Virus record (IMG/VR): IMGVR_UViG_3300020048_000024
Coordinates: 95,890-159,889 of that record
DNA from: a virus
Direction: 5' to 3' (one strand)
DNA: 64,000 nt
Part shown: positions 1 through 10,049 of the stretch, piece by piece
Layout of the letters: each line of letters opens with the position of its first letter
Numbering within the stretch: the first letter of the stretch is position 1
Program-made: the position numbers and the translations under genes
The notes under the pieces: model-generated
The model's input: only the letters and a program-made list of their open reading frames with translations
Told to the model about the DNA's origin: nothing
The model's database searches: none

Positions 1-2
1 GA

Positions 3-1877
3 TCACTTGATCAACTATACAATAAAGATTGGCGTAAGTTTTTAGAATACAATCGTCAAGATACAATGTTGTTGTTTAAGATTCATGACAAATTAGAGTT
101 TTTATATCTAGCTAACGATATTGCTCATCAGAATGGCGTATTGTTACCAACTGCCATGGGCAGTGTGGCTATGATTGATCAAGCAATTGTCAATGCAGCA
201 CATGCTCGTGGTTTTATAGTTCCATCAAAAACAAGAAGAGTAATGAATGATGAAGATGATGACGAAAAGGCAGCAGGTGCCTATGTTGCTGTGCCTAAGA
301 AAGGAATCCATGAATCGATCGGAGCAGTCGACCTTAAATCACTCTACCCGTCGAATATCCGTGCTCTTAACATGGCGCCAGAAACCATTATCGGCCAAAT
401 TAGACCACACATGACCGACAAGTACATTTCTGACCGTATGGCTGATTCTGTATCGGCCAAAGGAAAGAAAATCAAAGGAATGAAATTCGCAGAAGCTTGG
501 GACGGATTATTCGGAACTCTTGAATACACTGCTGTTATGAATCAAGAGCGTGGCACTATGCTAACTATTGATTGGGAACGTGGCGAGTCCGAAGAAGCAA
601 GCGCGGCAGAAATTTGGAAAATGATATTCGATTCTAATCAGCCATGGATGTTATCGGCTAATGGAACTATCTTTACTTATGAAAAAGAGGGTATTATTCC
701 AGGATTGTTAACTGAATGGTTCAATGAACGTATTGAGTTACAGAACCAAATGAAGTTAGCTGCTACTCCAGAAGAGCGAGAGTTTCTTGATAAACGTCAG
801 TTAGTTAGAAAGATTCTACTGAACTCTGCGTACGGCGCTTTGTTGAATCAACACAGCAGATTCTATGACATACGATTAGGACAAAGCACTACACTTGGTG
901 GTCGTTGTATTGTTAAGCATATGAGTGCTTTCTTAAACGAGGCAATTACTGGAGTGTCTGATCATAACGGAGATGCCATTATTTACGGTGACACTGACTC
1001 TTGTTATTTCTCAGCTTGGCCAACTTTGTCTAAAGATCCAGAGATGAAAGAACGCTGGAGCAAAGACATGGCGATTGAAGTATATGATGGTCTTAGTGAG
1101 CAGGTCAATGCATCATTCCCTCAATTTATGGAATCATCATTTCATGTGCCACGTAAGAACGGCAAGATTATTGAATGTAGCAGAGAGTTAGTTGCTGATC
1201 GTGGTATCTTCATGACTAAGAAACGCTATGCTGTAAATATCTACGACAAAGAAGGTAAACGTCTTGATGTGAACGGAAAGCGTGGTAAGATTAAAGCCAT
1301 GGGTCTTGATTTGAAACGAGCAGATACTCCAAAGTATGTTCAGCAATTCTTGTCTAGAATTCTTGATCTTGTACTAGAAGGAACTAATCGTGACATTATC
1401 ATTAAAGAGATTAGAGATTTTAAACATCTTTTATCTAAAAATGATCCATGGACTAAAGGTAGACCAATGGGCGTCAAGAAAATAACTTACTACGCTGAAT
1501 TACTAAAAAGAGAAGCACAATCTACCACTAGAAGAGTGACTAAGAAAGTAAGTCCGCCGGGTCATGTTAATGCTTCTATCAATTGGAATTTTCTACGTGA
1601 AATGAACGGAGACAAGTATTCACAAAAAATCGTGGATGGAATGAAGATTGTGGTTTGTCAACTTAGAGATAATCCACTTCAAATGACTTCTGTTGCTTAT
1701 CCAGTAGATCAGCTAAGATTGCCAACTTGGTTTAAAGATTTGCCATTTGATGAAGCGGCAATGATGCAATCGTTGGTTAATGATAAGATTGAGAATCTGA
1801 TTGGAGTTCTTAACTGGGACGTAGAAGCAGATAGTAATATTAACAGCACATTCTCTTCGCTGTTCTCATTCAGTTAA
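3..1877 (+). CDS. Family B DNA polymerase (T4 gp43-like), 5' end truncated by window edge
   Basis: PolB motifs DLKSLYPS, KILLNSAYG, YGDTDS, KKRYA; frame is open from position 3. Confidence 0.96.
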   Translation, partial: SLDQLYNKDWRKFLEYNRQDTMLLFKIHDKLEFLYLANDIAHQNGVLLPTAMGSVAMIDQAIVNAAHARGFIVPSKTRRVMNDEDDDEKAAGAYVAVPKKGIHESIGAVDLKSLYPSNIRALNMAPETIIGQIRPHMTDKYISDRMADSVSAKGKKIKGMKFAEAWDGLFGTLEYTAVMNQERGTMLTIDWERGESEEASAAEIWKMIFDSNQPWMLSANGTIFTYEKEGIIPGLLTEWFNERIELQNQMKLAATPEEREFLDKRQLVRKILLNSAYGALLNQHSRFYDIRLGQSTTLGGRCIVKHMSAFLNEAITGVSDHNGDAIIYGDTDSCYFSAWPTLSKDPEMKERWSKDMAIEVYDGLSEQVNASFPQFMESSFHVPRKNGKIIECSRELVADRGIFMTKKRYAVNIYDKEGKRLDVNGKRGKIKAMGLDLKRADTPKYVQQFLSRILDLVLEGTNRDIIIKEIRDFKHLLSKNDPWTKGRPMGVKKITYYAELLKREAQSTTRRVTKKVSPPGHVNASINWNFLREMNGDKYSQKIVDGMKIVVCQLRDNPLQMTSVAYPVDQLRLPTWFKDLPFDEAAMMQSLVNDKIENLIGVLNWDVEADSNINSTFSSLFSFS

Positions 1878-1891
1878 TGTGTCCAATAGCA

Positions 1892-1920
1892 TTGACTTAA
1901 CTCAATCATTGTAGTATTAT
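1892..1920 (+). promoter_or_regulatory. sigma70-type promoter
   Basis: TTGACT-17bp-TATTAT, then AAGGA SD before ATG 1941. Confidence 0.65.
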
Positions 1921-1940
1921 AACTTATATAAAGGAAAAAC

Positions 1941-2672
1941 ATGAAAGATAATTTAAATGACATTATTAGTCATACTTCTCAATTGGGATTTATTGATCTA
2001 ATCAAAGTCGTTGGAACTGATAAACAAACTGTAATTGCAGCTTTGGCAGAAGATAGATCAGTGATTGTAAGTGGAAAATTTAAAGTTCCGATGTTAGAAT
2101 TTGTCGGAACATTCGGAATGCCAAACTTGTCTAAACTTAAAACCATTCTTGGATTCGATGAGTATGACGAACACGCCACTCTCAGAGTCATTAGCGATAA
2201 TCCAGAATATCCAGGTGTTCCGACCGCAATTCACTTTGAAACAAAGACTGGAGATTTTGTCAATGATTATAGATTAATGACACAAAGCATCATCGAGGCC
2301 AAATCACCGGCAGTTTCGTTTGCTGGAGCAACATGGAATATCAAGTTTGAACCTAAGATTGCTAGTATTCAGAGATTACATAAGCAATTCAGTGCCAACA
2401 ATGAATCCACCACGTTTGTTACAAAAATGGACGGAACTGATCTTAGAATTCATTTCGGTGACATAAGTAGTCATAGTGCTAACTTTGTCTTTGAAAGCAA
2501 TGTAACCGGAACACTATCTAGATCATGGGCATGGCCTACAAAACAGTTTATCAGTGTTATGCAATGTGTTGGAGATAAAAAGATTTATATCTCTGATCAG
2601 GGCGCAATGAAAATCACTGTTGATAGTGGAATTGCTGAGTATGAATATTTGTTCCCAGCACAACAGCCATAA
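1941..2672 (+). CDS. Putative DNA polymerase sliding clamp (gp45-like)
   Basis: 243 aa, directly after polymerase, beta-rich two-domain pattern with FGMPNL and YRLM motifs. Confidence 0.6.
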   Translation: MKDNLNDIISHTSQLGFIDLIKVVGTDKQTVIAALAEDRSVIVSGKFKVPMLEFVGTFGMPNLSKLKTILGFDEYDEHATLRVISDNPEYPGVPTAIHFETKTGDFVNDYRLMTQSIIEAKSPAVSFAGATWNIKFEPKIASIQRLHKQFSANNESTTFVTKMDGTDLRIHFGDISSHSANFVFESNVTGTLSRSWAWPTKQFISVMQCVGDKKIYISDQGAMKITVDSGIAEYEYLFPAQQP

Positions 2673-2674
2673 CT

Positions 2675-3022
2675 ATGATTCAGAGCATAATCGGGACAAA
2701 CGATGTTCATGTGCTTAATAGCTGCTCTGGACCATACATTAGTGGTAATATTTCTGATCTGGGACCAGGAACGATAGGCGAACTCAGATTGATGGGCAAT
2801 ACTACGTATGTGTGGGTCAATGGCTATTGGACTCCCGTATTCAGCGTCTCATCAACCATTGAACTTTCTCCAGAAATTCAAAGCGTACTTTGCTGGGCTA
2901 GAATAGCAATGAAACGCGAGGAAGAATTAGACAAGCTGATTCAAGAATACCCAGCAGTAAAAACAGCCAAAGAGACTTTAGATATCGTGGTTGCTCTTAC
3001 TAAAGATCATAGCAAGGGCTAA
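2675..3022 (+). CDS. hypothetical phage protein
   Basis: ORF tightly packed in operon. Confidence 0.7.
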   Translation: MIQSIIGTNDVHVLNSCSGPYISGNISDLGPGTIGELRLMGNTTYVWVNGYWTPVFSVSSTIELSPEIQSVLCWARIAMKREEELDKLIQEYPAVKTAKETLDIVVALTKDHSKG

Positions 3023-3023
3023 A

Positions 3024-3368
3024 ATGGATCAGCACGAATATGCCATATTTGAGCGCAGAGTTAAAGCGGTCAACACAGCGACCAGAATGTGTTGGATTCC
3101 AGTGGATTTCAAAACATATACGATCAACGTTGGCATTCAAATAAAGAATGAGCAAGACGTAGAAAATCTAAGTATGTTGGACTTGTCCAAATCACTTGAC
3201 AATATTAGTCAAAATGTAGTACAATATAACATACTTGAACTAATAATGATTAGCGACAAACTTTACGGTGAAATCGTTAATTATTATACTACTCACAATG
3301 TCAATATCGAGATTGTGAATTTAAATCAACCGGTACTAAGTACCAATTATCTTAACCCGCCATTATAG
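3024..3368 (+). CDS. hypothetical protein
   Basis: ATG 1 nt after previous stop. Confidence 0.55.
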   Translation: MDQHEYAIFERRVKAVNTATRMCWIPVDFKTYTINVGIQIKNEQDVENLSMLDLSKSLDNISQNVVQYNILELIMISDKLYGEIVNYYTTHNVNIEIVNLNQPVLSTNYLNPPL

Positions 3369-3377
3369 GAGCTTATC

Positions 3378-3608
3378 ATGGCTAAAGTACAAATTCAATC
3401 AAACCCTCGTGTCAATCAAATTTTTGATGATTTGGAAAAATTCAAAGACTTTTGTATCAATTATGGATACAAATTTGACGAATCGTGTTTGTATAATATG
3501 CGTAATTATGCATATCAACAATACAGTAAGTGTATCGCACACAAAAATTTCAAAGATCAATGGGCAGAAGACGGTAAACGTTTTGCTCTGATTGCTGAAC
3601 GGTATTAA
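3378..3608 (+). CDS. hypothetical phage protein
   Basis: AGGAG SD upstream. Confidence 0.75.
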   Translation: MAKVQIQSNPRVNQIFDDLEKFKDFCINYGYKFDESCLYNMRNYAYQQYSKCIAHKNFKDQWAEDGKRFALIAERY

Positions 3609-3610
3609 TC

Positions 3611-3763
3611 ATGAAATCGTTGATTAGTCTTCTGTTACTTATAGCTTGGGTTGGCGGTATTATTATTGCTAAAGGATTCTGGTCAACTTTTTTCGCGGTT
3701 GTGTTCCCAGTATGGGGATACTACCTTTTTATTGAGCAATTTATAATTAAGTATCTATTATGA
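3611..3763 (+). CDS. small membrane protein (50 aa; not in ORF track)
   Basis: MKSLISLLLLIAWVGG...; two hydrophobic segments; ATGA overlap with uvsE. Confidence 0.65.
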   Translation: MKSLISLLLLIAWVGGIIIAKGFWSTFFAVVFPVWGYYLFIEQFIIKYLL

Positions 3764-4785
3764 ACAAAATTGGATTTGCTTGTAAATGGATTGATAATCC
3801 AAATCAAGTTGATGGCATCAAACCTAAAGATGATGCTAGAAAATATACAACTGGCACAACAACAATTGCATGGCTTGCCAGACAAACTCGTGATGTGGCA
3901 GAACAAAAACTGTGGGACTTGATGGTTCAAAACATCGAGGCAACACGCAAACTTGTAGTAAAGGTAGGAAATTTAGATGAACACTTACGTATGGTACGGC
4001 TTAGCAGCGATATCTTACCTGTTTACACTCATCACGATTGGAAGTATTTTTGGCACCGAAGTGATGTGTTATCGTATTGCGAACAACACTTCAGAGAGAT
4101 TGGAAGGATTGGGAGGGATCGCAATGTCCGCCTTAGTTTTCATCCTGGTCAATTTTGTGTGCTGGCAAGTGCTAGTGACAATATTATAGAAAACTCAATA
4201 GAGGAATTTGAATATCATGCAGACATGGCTAGATGGATGGGCTACGGTCAACAGTTCCAAGACTTCAAAATCAACGTTCACATCAGTGGCAAACGCGGAC
4301 CGCAAGGTATCCGTGAAGTATTGGGCAGACTGTCACCAGAAGCCCGTAACTGTATCACTATCGAAAACGAAGAAAATTCATGGGGATTAGATGATTGTCT
4401 TACTATTAGCGATATTGTTCCTATTGTGCTTGATATTCACCATAATTGGATACATACAGGTACATACATCGATTCAAACGATGTACGTGTTACTAGGGTT
4501 ATGGATAGCTGGCGCGGTGTGCGCCCTACTTGTCATTATTCAGTCAGTCGCGAAGATGTTCTCGTAAAGCATTGTGTCAATACGTTACCTGATCGTAATC
4601 TGTTAGTTGAGAATAAAATCAACAAGCAAAAATTACGCGCTCATAGTGATTTTTATTGGAATCATGCTTGTAGTGATTGGGCATTATCATTCAATGATAA
4701 CTTTGATATCATGATGGAGTCAAAAGGAAAAAATCTTGCATCATTCGAGGTATATGAATATGCTAAACAGAAAGGGATTTTTTAA
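3760..4785 (+). CDS. uvsE: UV damage endonuclease (UvsE/UVDE)
   Basis: IGFAC, RLSSD, RLSFHPGQF, IENEE, LDIHH, HSD and MMESK motifs of the UVDE TIM barrel. Confidence 0.92.
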   Translation: MNKIGFACKWIDNPNQVDGIKPKDDARKYTTGTTTIAWLARQTRDVAEQKLWDLMVQNIEATRKLVVKVGNLDEHLRMVRLSSDILPVYTHHDWKYFWHRSDVLSYCEQHFREIGRIGRDRNVRLSFHPGQFCVLASASDNIIENSIEEFEYHADMARWMGYGQQFQDFKINVHISGKRGPQGIREVLGRLSPEARNCITIENEENSWGLDDCLTISDIVPIVLDIHHNWIHTGTYIDSNDVRVTRVMDSWRGVRPTCHYSVSREDVLVKHCVNTLPDRNLLVENKINKQKLRAHSDFYWNHACSDWALSFNDNFDIMMESKGKNLASFEVYEYAKQKGIF

Positions 4786-5365
4786 TACTCCAATAACGTA
4801 ACATTGCCTGTCGTTTCTTTTCAAGAGCTTCGGGCGTATGTTTTCTTCCCTTATTAGATTTTCCGACTGCGGCAGTTATTAAACGACGATCATCATTAGT
4901 TGACCAGTTTTCTTTAATAGCAGACGTAAGTGATGATTGATGCTCTTCACTGCGAGTCTTGGATAAACCTTTAGTAGAGATACTGAGATTTTTTCTATGT
5001 TCTTCAGTTCTAGGAGGTTTTTTTCTTCCTACTTGAGATGCTCTCAATTTTTTCTTGGTATCATTCGAATGAGATCCGCCACCGCCAGTCTCGGGGATTC
5101 TGTTAGCCCAAATTTTGCTACCAAAATCATCAACCGCAGTTACTATATTAAATAGGCGACTATAGTATCTACCCCAATGGTTTCTTTGTTCTTTGTATTC
5201 AGTCTGTAGTAATATTTCTGTATCTAAATCATTTCCGAAAAGTTTTAGATGCTGTTTCCAATCTATTCCGGACCCTTTGTATTTAAATGGGTCTTTAGAT
5301 GTCTGACCAAGATATTTGAGACCTGTCTTTTTATGAGTCTTGATGTAGAGATAATAAATAATCAT
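4763..5365 (-). mobile_element. Free-standing GIY-YIG (Seg-like) homing endonuclease with NUMOD3-like repeats
   Basis: YYLYIKTHKKTGLKYLG...YKGSG N-terminus; basic repeats such as RTEEHRKNLS and GRKHTPE; antisense to neighbours; own ATAAATA late promoter. Confidence 0.85.
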
Positions 5366-5454
5366 GCTGATGCTCCTTGAAAGCGTTAGTGTAGTTGGAA
5401 TTGTCTAGATTCGCGAACTACGTGTTTATTTATCGAAAAACTTAAAATAATTAT

Positions 5455-5709
5455 ATGAACGAACTAAAAAAGTCTGATCTTAATTTGCCTATTAGTCCAT
5501 TCTTAGATAATGCTACTAATTGGTATCTTAGTACTCATACTAATCCTTACGATGATCATGACTTTCTTTATTCTAAATATCAAGATTGGATGAGTGAACA
5601 AGGAGTTGTCATTAAGAATCGTGGTCTGAGAAGTACAGATGATGGACGATTTTTAAATTTTGTAGACGAGCAATCAATGATTATCTTCATTTTACGATGG
5701 GGAAATTAG
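5455..5709 (+). CDS. small protein of the 'FxLRW' C-terminal family
   Basis: ends LNFVDEQSMIIFILRWGN. Confidence 0.75.
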   Translation: MNELKKSDLNLPISPFLDNATNWYLSTHTNPYDDHDFLYSKYQDWMSEQGVVIKNRGLRSTDDGRFLNFVDEQSMIIFILRWGN

Positions 5710-5720
5710 GCAAATAGAAC

Positions 5721-5743
5721 ATTTGTCTATAAATATAATCATG
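5721..5743 (+). repeat. 23-bp direct repeat, copy 1 (late promoter plus start codon)
   Basis: ATTTGTCTATAAATATAATCATG, identical at 6532-6554; contains T4 late consensus TATAAATA. Confidence 0.9.
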
Positions 5744-6493
5744 AAAAATATTATTATACTGTCTCAACCTAGAACAGGTAGCAACTTATTGTGTGAACTG
5801 TTGTTTTCTTATGGTTCGTTTAGAATTCTAAACGAACTTTTTATTCGCTTTCACGATATCAATGATGTTCCTCATACTAAATCATTAAGAGAACACGAAA
5901 TTACGGCGTTAATTGATCATTTTAAATTAAAAGATCGAAGTCTGACATCTTTGATAGAAACATTAAATAATAATCCCAGAGAGACATCAGAGATATTATC
6001 TCAAATAATTCCTCAATATAAAATTATTAAAATTCATGACTTTATGTTAAAGGATTTTGAACTAGATTTTATATTTGATGATCCAGAGACAAAATTTATT
6101 GTCTTAGAACGAGAGTCAAAAATATCTCAGTATGTAAGTCGGATTGTTGCGGATAAATTAGTTAAATGGACTCGTGTAGATACAAGTGACATCAAAGTAC
6201 ACGTTGATCCTGATAAATTTTTAAAGTTTAAAGAAGAATCTATAGATTGGTATAAAACCATTGAAACTAGATTAATCAACAACGGATATAATTATCTTAA
6301 ACTAAGTTATGAGAGTGATCTTGAACATATTGATTACGATGTGTTACTTCCAAAAATAAACAACTGGCTAGATCAAAACCAGATATCTTACCATAATAAT
6401 GGATATAAAATAAAGCATCATGTTAAACAAAATCGATCTACTCTAGAACACGTAATAGAAAATTTTAGTGAGATTAAGAGTCTTATATCTTAA
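5741..6493 (+). CDS. Sulfotransferase (Stf0-like P-loop family)
   Basis: 5'-PSB motif SQPRTGSNLL; 3'-PB-like LER...SQYVS; LSYE motif. Confidence 0.75.
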   Translation: MKNIIILSQPRTGSNLLCELLFSYGSFRILNELFIRFHDINDVPHTKSLREHEITALIDHFKLKDRSLTSLIETLNNNPRETSEILSQIIPQYKIIKIHDFMLKDFELDFIFDDPETKFIVLERESKISQYVSRIVADKLVKWTRVDTSDIKVHVDPDKFLKFKEESIDWYKTIETRLINNGYNYLKLSYESDLEHIDYDVLLPKINNWLDQNQISYHNNGYKIKHHVKQNRSTLEHVIENFSEIKSLIS

Positions 6494-6531
6494 CTAAATG
6501 TCATTCTCAAACAAAAATAGATAAAGATAAT

Positions 6532-6554
6532 ATTTGTCTATAAATATAATCATG
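6532..6554 (+). repeat. 23-bp direct repeat, copy 2
   Basis: identical to 5721-5743. Confidence 0.9.
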
Positions 6555-7019
6555 TTAAATAAACTTAAAAATCTATTCAAAAAGTCAGTTCCAGAAGCAG
6601 TGATAGAACCCGTTTTAGTCACGCCCAAAGAAAAGAAACCTAGAAAACCCAGAAAACCTAAAGAAATTGCTGTTCCAGTAAAAACAGAAAAGGAATTGGC
6701 CACTGAAATGGGTGAACCATATATATCTATTCTAAAAATAGAAGTGGATCCAAATAATATCAATGCTGGATCATTTGAATTAGATTGGAATTCTAAGTTT
6801 GTGGCCAACTTAGCTCGTGCCGGTTATCAAATGAAACCGGGCGAAACTGAAGATGTTATAGTTGATCGATGGTTCAAAGATGTTTGTCGTAATATCGTAC
6901 TAGAAATGTACGAACAAGAGCAAGCAGATCCAGAAAATAGAGAAGTGGATTTACTCAGAGAAGAGTTGCGCCATATTCGCTCTAAAGATATTGGAAACGG
7001 CCGAACAGAAGTCAGCTAA
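6552..7019 (+). CDS. conserved hypothetical phage protein
   Basis: late promoter upstream; GEPYI...FELDWN...DRWF motif. Confidence 0.8.
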   Translation: MLNKLKNLFKKSVPEAVIEPVLVTPKEKKPRKPRKPKEIAVPVKTEKELATEMGEPYISILKIEVDPNNINAGSFELDWNSKFVANLARAGYQMKPGETEDVIVDRWFKDVCRNIVLEMYEQEQADPENREVDLLREELRHIRSKDIGNGRTEVS

Positions 7020-7039
7020 CACAGACTTATCCAAATTCA

Positions 7040-7068
7040 TTGACAATAATGCTCTTTTATCTTATAAT
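7040..7068 (+). promoter_or_regulatory. sigma70-type promoter
   Basis: TTGACA-17bp-TATAAT, perfect consensus. Confidence 0.8.
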
Positions 7069-7099
7069 ATACGTATATTATAGATAAATAAGAGCCACA

Positions 7100-8125
7100 A
7101 TGAAATATATTTTGATCGATACTGCTAATTTGTTCTTCAAATCACGTCACTTTGCCAGTCGAGGAAGTGATGATTGGGAAAAAATTGGAATGGCCTTACA
7201 TCTTACACTTTCTGGTGTTCAAAGCATAGTCAGACGTTTTATTGGATCTGAGTCTTGTCACGTTATTTTTGCACTAGAGGGTCGTTCATGGCGTAAAGAC
7301 TTTTACAAGCCATATAAAGCTAATCGTGCTGTTAAGCGTGCAGCTCTGACAGAAAAAGAAGTAGAACAGGATCAAATGTTCTGGGATACCTATGATACAT
7401 TTACCAAATTTCTTGATGAAAAAACAAACGTATCAGTATTACGATGCCCTACTGCCGAGGCAGATGACATTATTGCACGATTTGTTCAAACTCATTCAGA
7501 AGATGAGCATTTCATTATTAGCAGCGATGGTGACTTTGCTCAACTGATTGCTCCTAATGTCAAACAATATAATTCAATGTCTGGTCATCTGATCACGCTT
7601 GAAGGATTCTATGATGACAAGGGTAAAGAAGTTAAAGATAAGAAAACCAAAGAGCATAAGAAACTAGAAGAACCACAGTATTTACTTTTTGAAAAGTGTA
7701 TGCGTGGCGACACTAGTGATAATGTATTCTCTGCTTATCCGGGAGTTAGAACCAAAGGCACAAAGAAATCTATCGGACTAATCGATGCCTATGCTGATCG
7801 AGAGCGTAAAGGATTCAACTGGAATAATATGATGCTACAGCGTTGGGTTGATCACAATGGAGTTGAGCATCGTGTAACAGATGACTATCAACGTAACGTT
7901 ACGTTATGTGATCTTACTGCTCAACCACAAGAAATTAAAGATGCGGTCGATCAATGTATTCAGGATCAAATCAGAGTAGTTCCCAAGACTGGAGTTGGAA
8001 TGAACTTGATGAAATTCGTAGCAAAATACGAATTGACTAAAATCAGTGAGCAGGTCGAACAGTATGCTAAGTGGATGAATTCCACATATGATGGCCCACT
8101 TAAGGAAAAAACGAATGAGCAATAA
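7100..8125 (+). CDS. rnh: T4-like RNase H / 5'-3' flap exonuclease
   Basis: LIDTANL, SWRK..YKANR, EADDII, SSDGDF, GDTSDN motifs. Confidence 0.92.
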   Translation: MKYILIDTANLFFKSRHFASRGSDDWEKIGMALHLTLSGVQSIVRRFIGSESCHVIFALEGRSWRKDFYKPYKANRAVKRAALTEKEVEQDQMFWDTYDTFTKFLDEKTNVSVLRCPTAEADDIIARFVQTHSEDEHFIISSDGDFAQLIAPNVKQYNSMSGHLITLEGFYDDKGKEVKDKKTKEHKKLEEPQYLLFEKCMRGDTSDNVFSAYPGVRTKGTKKSIGLIDAYADRERKGFNWNNMMLQRWVDHNGVEHRVTDDYQRNVTLCDLTAQPQEIKDAVDQCIQDQIRVVPKTGVGMNLMKFVAKYELTKISEQVEQYAKWMNSTYDGPLKEKTNEQ

Positions 8126-8137
8126 TAGGAAACTATC

Positions 8138-8530
8138 TTGATTAATTTTAAGTCAACTAGTTCTAAATATAATCCTAGAATTCCTCTAAAATCGGATCGT
8201 CCTAGATGTGAACATTCTAGTTGTAACGAAGCAAAAGTTATCTCTCACACATACAAGGATGGTAGTCCATCATATAGTCGATGGTGTCGATCACATTTTA
8301 ACGAACGATATTACAATGGTAAATCAGCAGTTAGAATTACAGCAGAAAAACTAGGACTACGCCCATCTGCTTATGTCGAACGAGCTGCCATCATTAGAGG
8401 ATTTTCTTCTAATGATGAATATACAAAATGGCGAAAACAAAATCCTTTGCCAAGTAGAGCAATTATCAATGAATCAACATCGATATTTCAGAAAATCAAA
8501 TCTAGATCAAAACTTAAGGAAACAGAATGA
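8138..8530 (+). CDS. hypothetical protein with Cys/His motif
   Basis: TTG start after AGGA; CxxxxC...CxxH. Confidence 0.6.
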   Translation: MINFKSTSSKYNPRIPLKSDRPRCEHSSCNEAKVISHTYKDGSPSYSRWCRSHFNERYYNGKSAVRITAEKLGLRPSAYVERAAIIRGFSSNDEYTKWRKQNPLPSRAIINESTSIFQKIKSRSKLKETE

Positions 8531-8682
8531 GTGACAAAGAAGAAATTGAATTAGAATTCACAGATGAAGAGCTATTAACATACATGAAAATGGCTCATAA
8601 ATTGGATATTACATTCAATGAGCTTATTGAACGAGCGATAAAATCAATGATTGAAAATTATAGACCAGAGGACAAATCATGA
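8527..8682 (+). CDS. small ribbon-helix-helix-like protein (51 aa; not in ORF track)
   Basis: MSDKEEIELEFTDEELL..MAHKLDITFNELIERAI; ATGA overlaps at both ends. Confidence 0.65.
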   Translation: MSDKEEIELEFTDEELLTYMKMAHKLDITFNELIERAIKSMIENYRPEDKS

Positions 8683-9125
8683 ATCTAATAGCAAAAACAA
8701 TTGTAAAGAATCAGCTTTGGGTCATTACAGATGGAAATCGTAAGATCGGTAACGTTGAGGCAGATCAAACTGGTTATAGTATTAAGATCGGTGGCGACAC
8801 TCGACACTATGCTGATACAAAATCAATCGAACAGATTTTTAAGGTAGAATTTGATAAACCAAAAAAGCTTGCCCAGATAGAAGAACTACCATACGCCGTT
8901 TGGCCCACTGAAGGTAAAACATATAACAATTTTTATGATGTAAAGCGTAAGTTACATGTTTACACACAATCACCAACTAGTTTATGCTATCACTGTGCTG
9001 GATATTTTCGTATCAACATGAACGGAACGTGGGAAACTATTTTTTGCCCGAAGTATATTTTTGTTCAACGATACGAATATCTTGGCCCATTTAATTCTAG
9101 TAGTGATGCTGATCTAGCTAAATAG
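8679..9125 (+). CDS. conserved hypothetical phage protein
   Basis: GAGG SD; FCPK...Y.GPF motif. Confidence 0.8.
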   Translation: MNLIAKTIVKNQLWVITDGNRKIGNVEADQTGYSIKIGGDTRHYADTKSIEQIFKVEFDKPKKLAQIEELPYAVWPTEGKTYNNFYDVKRKLHVYTQSPTSLCYHCAGYFRINMNGTWETIFCPKYIFVQRYEYLGPFNSSSDADLAK

Positions 9126-9132
9126 TACTACT

Positions 9133-9327
9133 ATGATTAATATAAAACGCTTTATAGATCGAGTTAGTAGCATGGATCAAAGTCCGGGTAAAAATCTTGT
9201 CTTGCCAGCTCAAGAGGCGAGACTCTTAAGAGACGAGATTGTTAAGTTGCTAGCTGATAAGGTAGAATCTTATCAAAATGCTCCTCAAGAGGTAATTCAG
9301 ATTGAGCTAGCAGGCGGTAAGTTTTAA
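9133..9327 (+). CDS. hypothetical protein
   Basis: TAAATA upstream; ends GGKF. Confidence 0.75.
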   Translation: MINIKRFIDRVSSMDQSPGKNLVLPAQEARLLRDEIVKLLADKVESYQNAPQEVIQIELAGGKF

Positions 9328-9617
9328 TGTCGAGAAATCAACCAAAAGTTCTATTAGAGATAGTAGATAAGCAAACATACAAAATTGATCAAGTTATTGA
9401 GGCTAATGGTATTTGGGCTGTATTCTATAGTGATCAGCCAATTAATCTTAAAAATCAACACTACTTGGACAGTAATTCAGTTCCAAAGTATAAGAAGACT
9501 AGTTTTTCAAATCCAGGACACGCTAGAAACTTATGTAGAAAATTGAATAGTCAATTCAAGACTGATAAGTTTGGAGTGGTATTCTTGAATCAGGGTCAAA
9601 AGGTTTATCCAGATTGA
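9327..9617 (+). CDS. conserved hypothetical phage protein
   Basis: PKYKKTSFSNPGHA motif; overlaps previous stop. Confidence 0.8.
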   Translation: MSRNQPKVLLEIVDKQTYKIDQVIEANGIWAVFYSDQPINLKNQHYLDSNSVPKYKKTSFSNPGHARNLCRKLNSQFKTDKFGVVFLNQGQKVYPD

Positions 9618-9626
9618 AATACAATC

Positions 9627-10049
9627 ATGACAACGTTCGTAACAGATAAAAAAACAATAATTAATGCAGTATTATTGTTGTTGCCAGAGGATGAGACGGA
9701 AACGTTAGATATCGCTATGAAAACGTGGTGGACTAATATCAGACGAACAGAAGGTTTGGGATTAACTGGTGGTTTGGGATTAACCGAGCATGGAGACAGC
9801 ATGTTTCAGCTTGCTAAATTAGAAAGTAGTGATTTTGAAATTACTCCTGACCCGACTATTGGTCTGTTATTCATGGCGATAATGATAAATCGAGAACTTA
9901 CTTGTCCTCATTTTTTATATTATGTAAAAAAGAAAAGATATATCAGATTATATGACAGTAGAATAGCAATGTTGATAGCATTAGAGGGTAGTATAAATCA
10001 ATACATATCAAAGATAGTAAATAGAAAAAAGGAAATTGACAATGACTGA
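9627..10049 (+). CDS. hypothetical protein
   Basis: operon-packed ORF. Confidence 0.75.
   Translation: MTTFVTDKKTIINAVLLLLPEDETETLDIAMKTWWTNIRRTEGLGLTGGLGLTEHGDSMFQLAKLESSDFEITPDPTIGLLFMAIMINRELTCPHFLYYVKKKRYIRLYDSRIAMLIALEGSINQYISKIVNRKKEIDND

Noticed and set aside
3-1877. Intein or intron in the DNA polymerase
   Set aside because: PolB motifs are at normal spacing, with no splicing motifs or frame break in the visible part.
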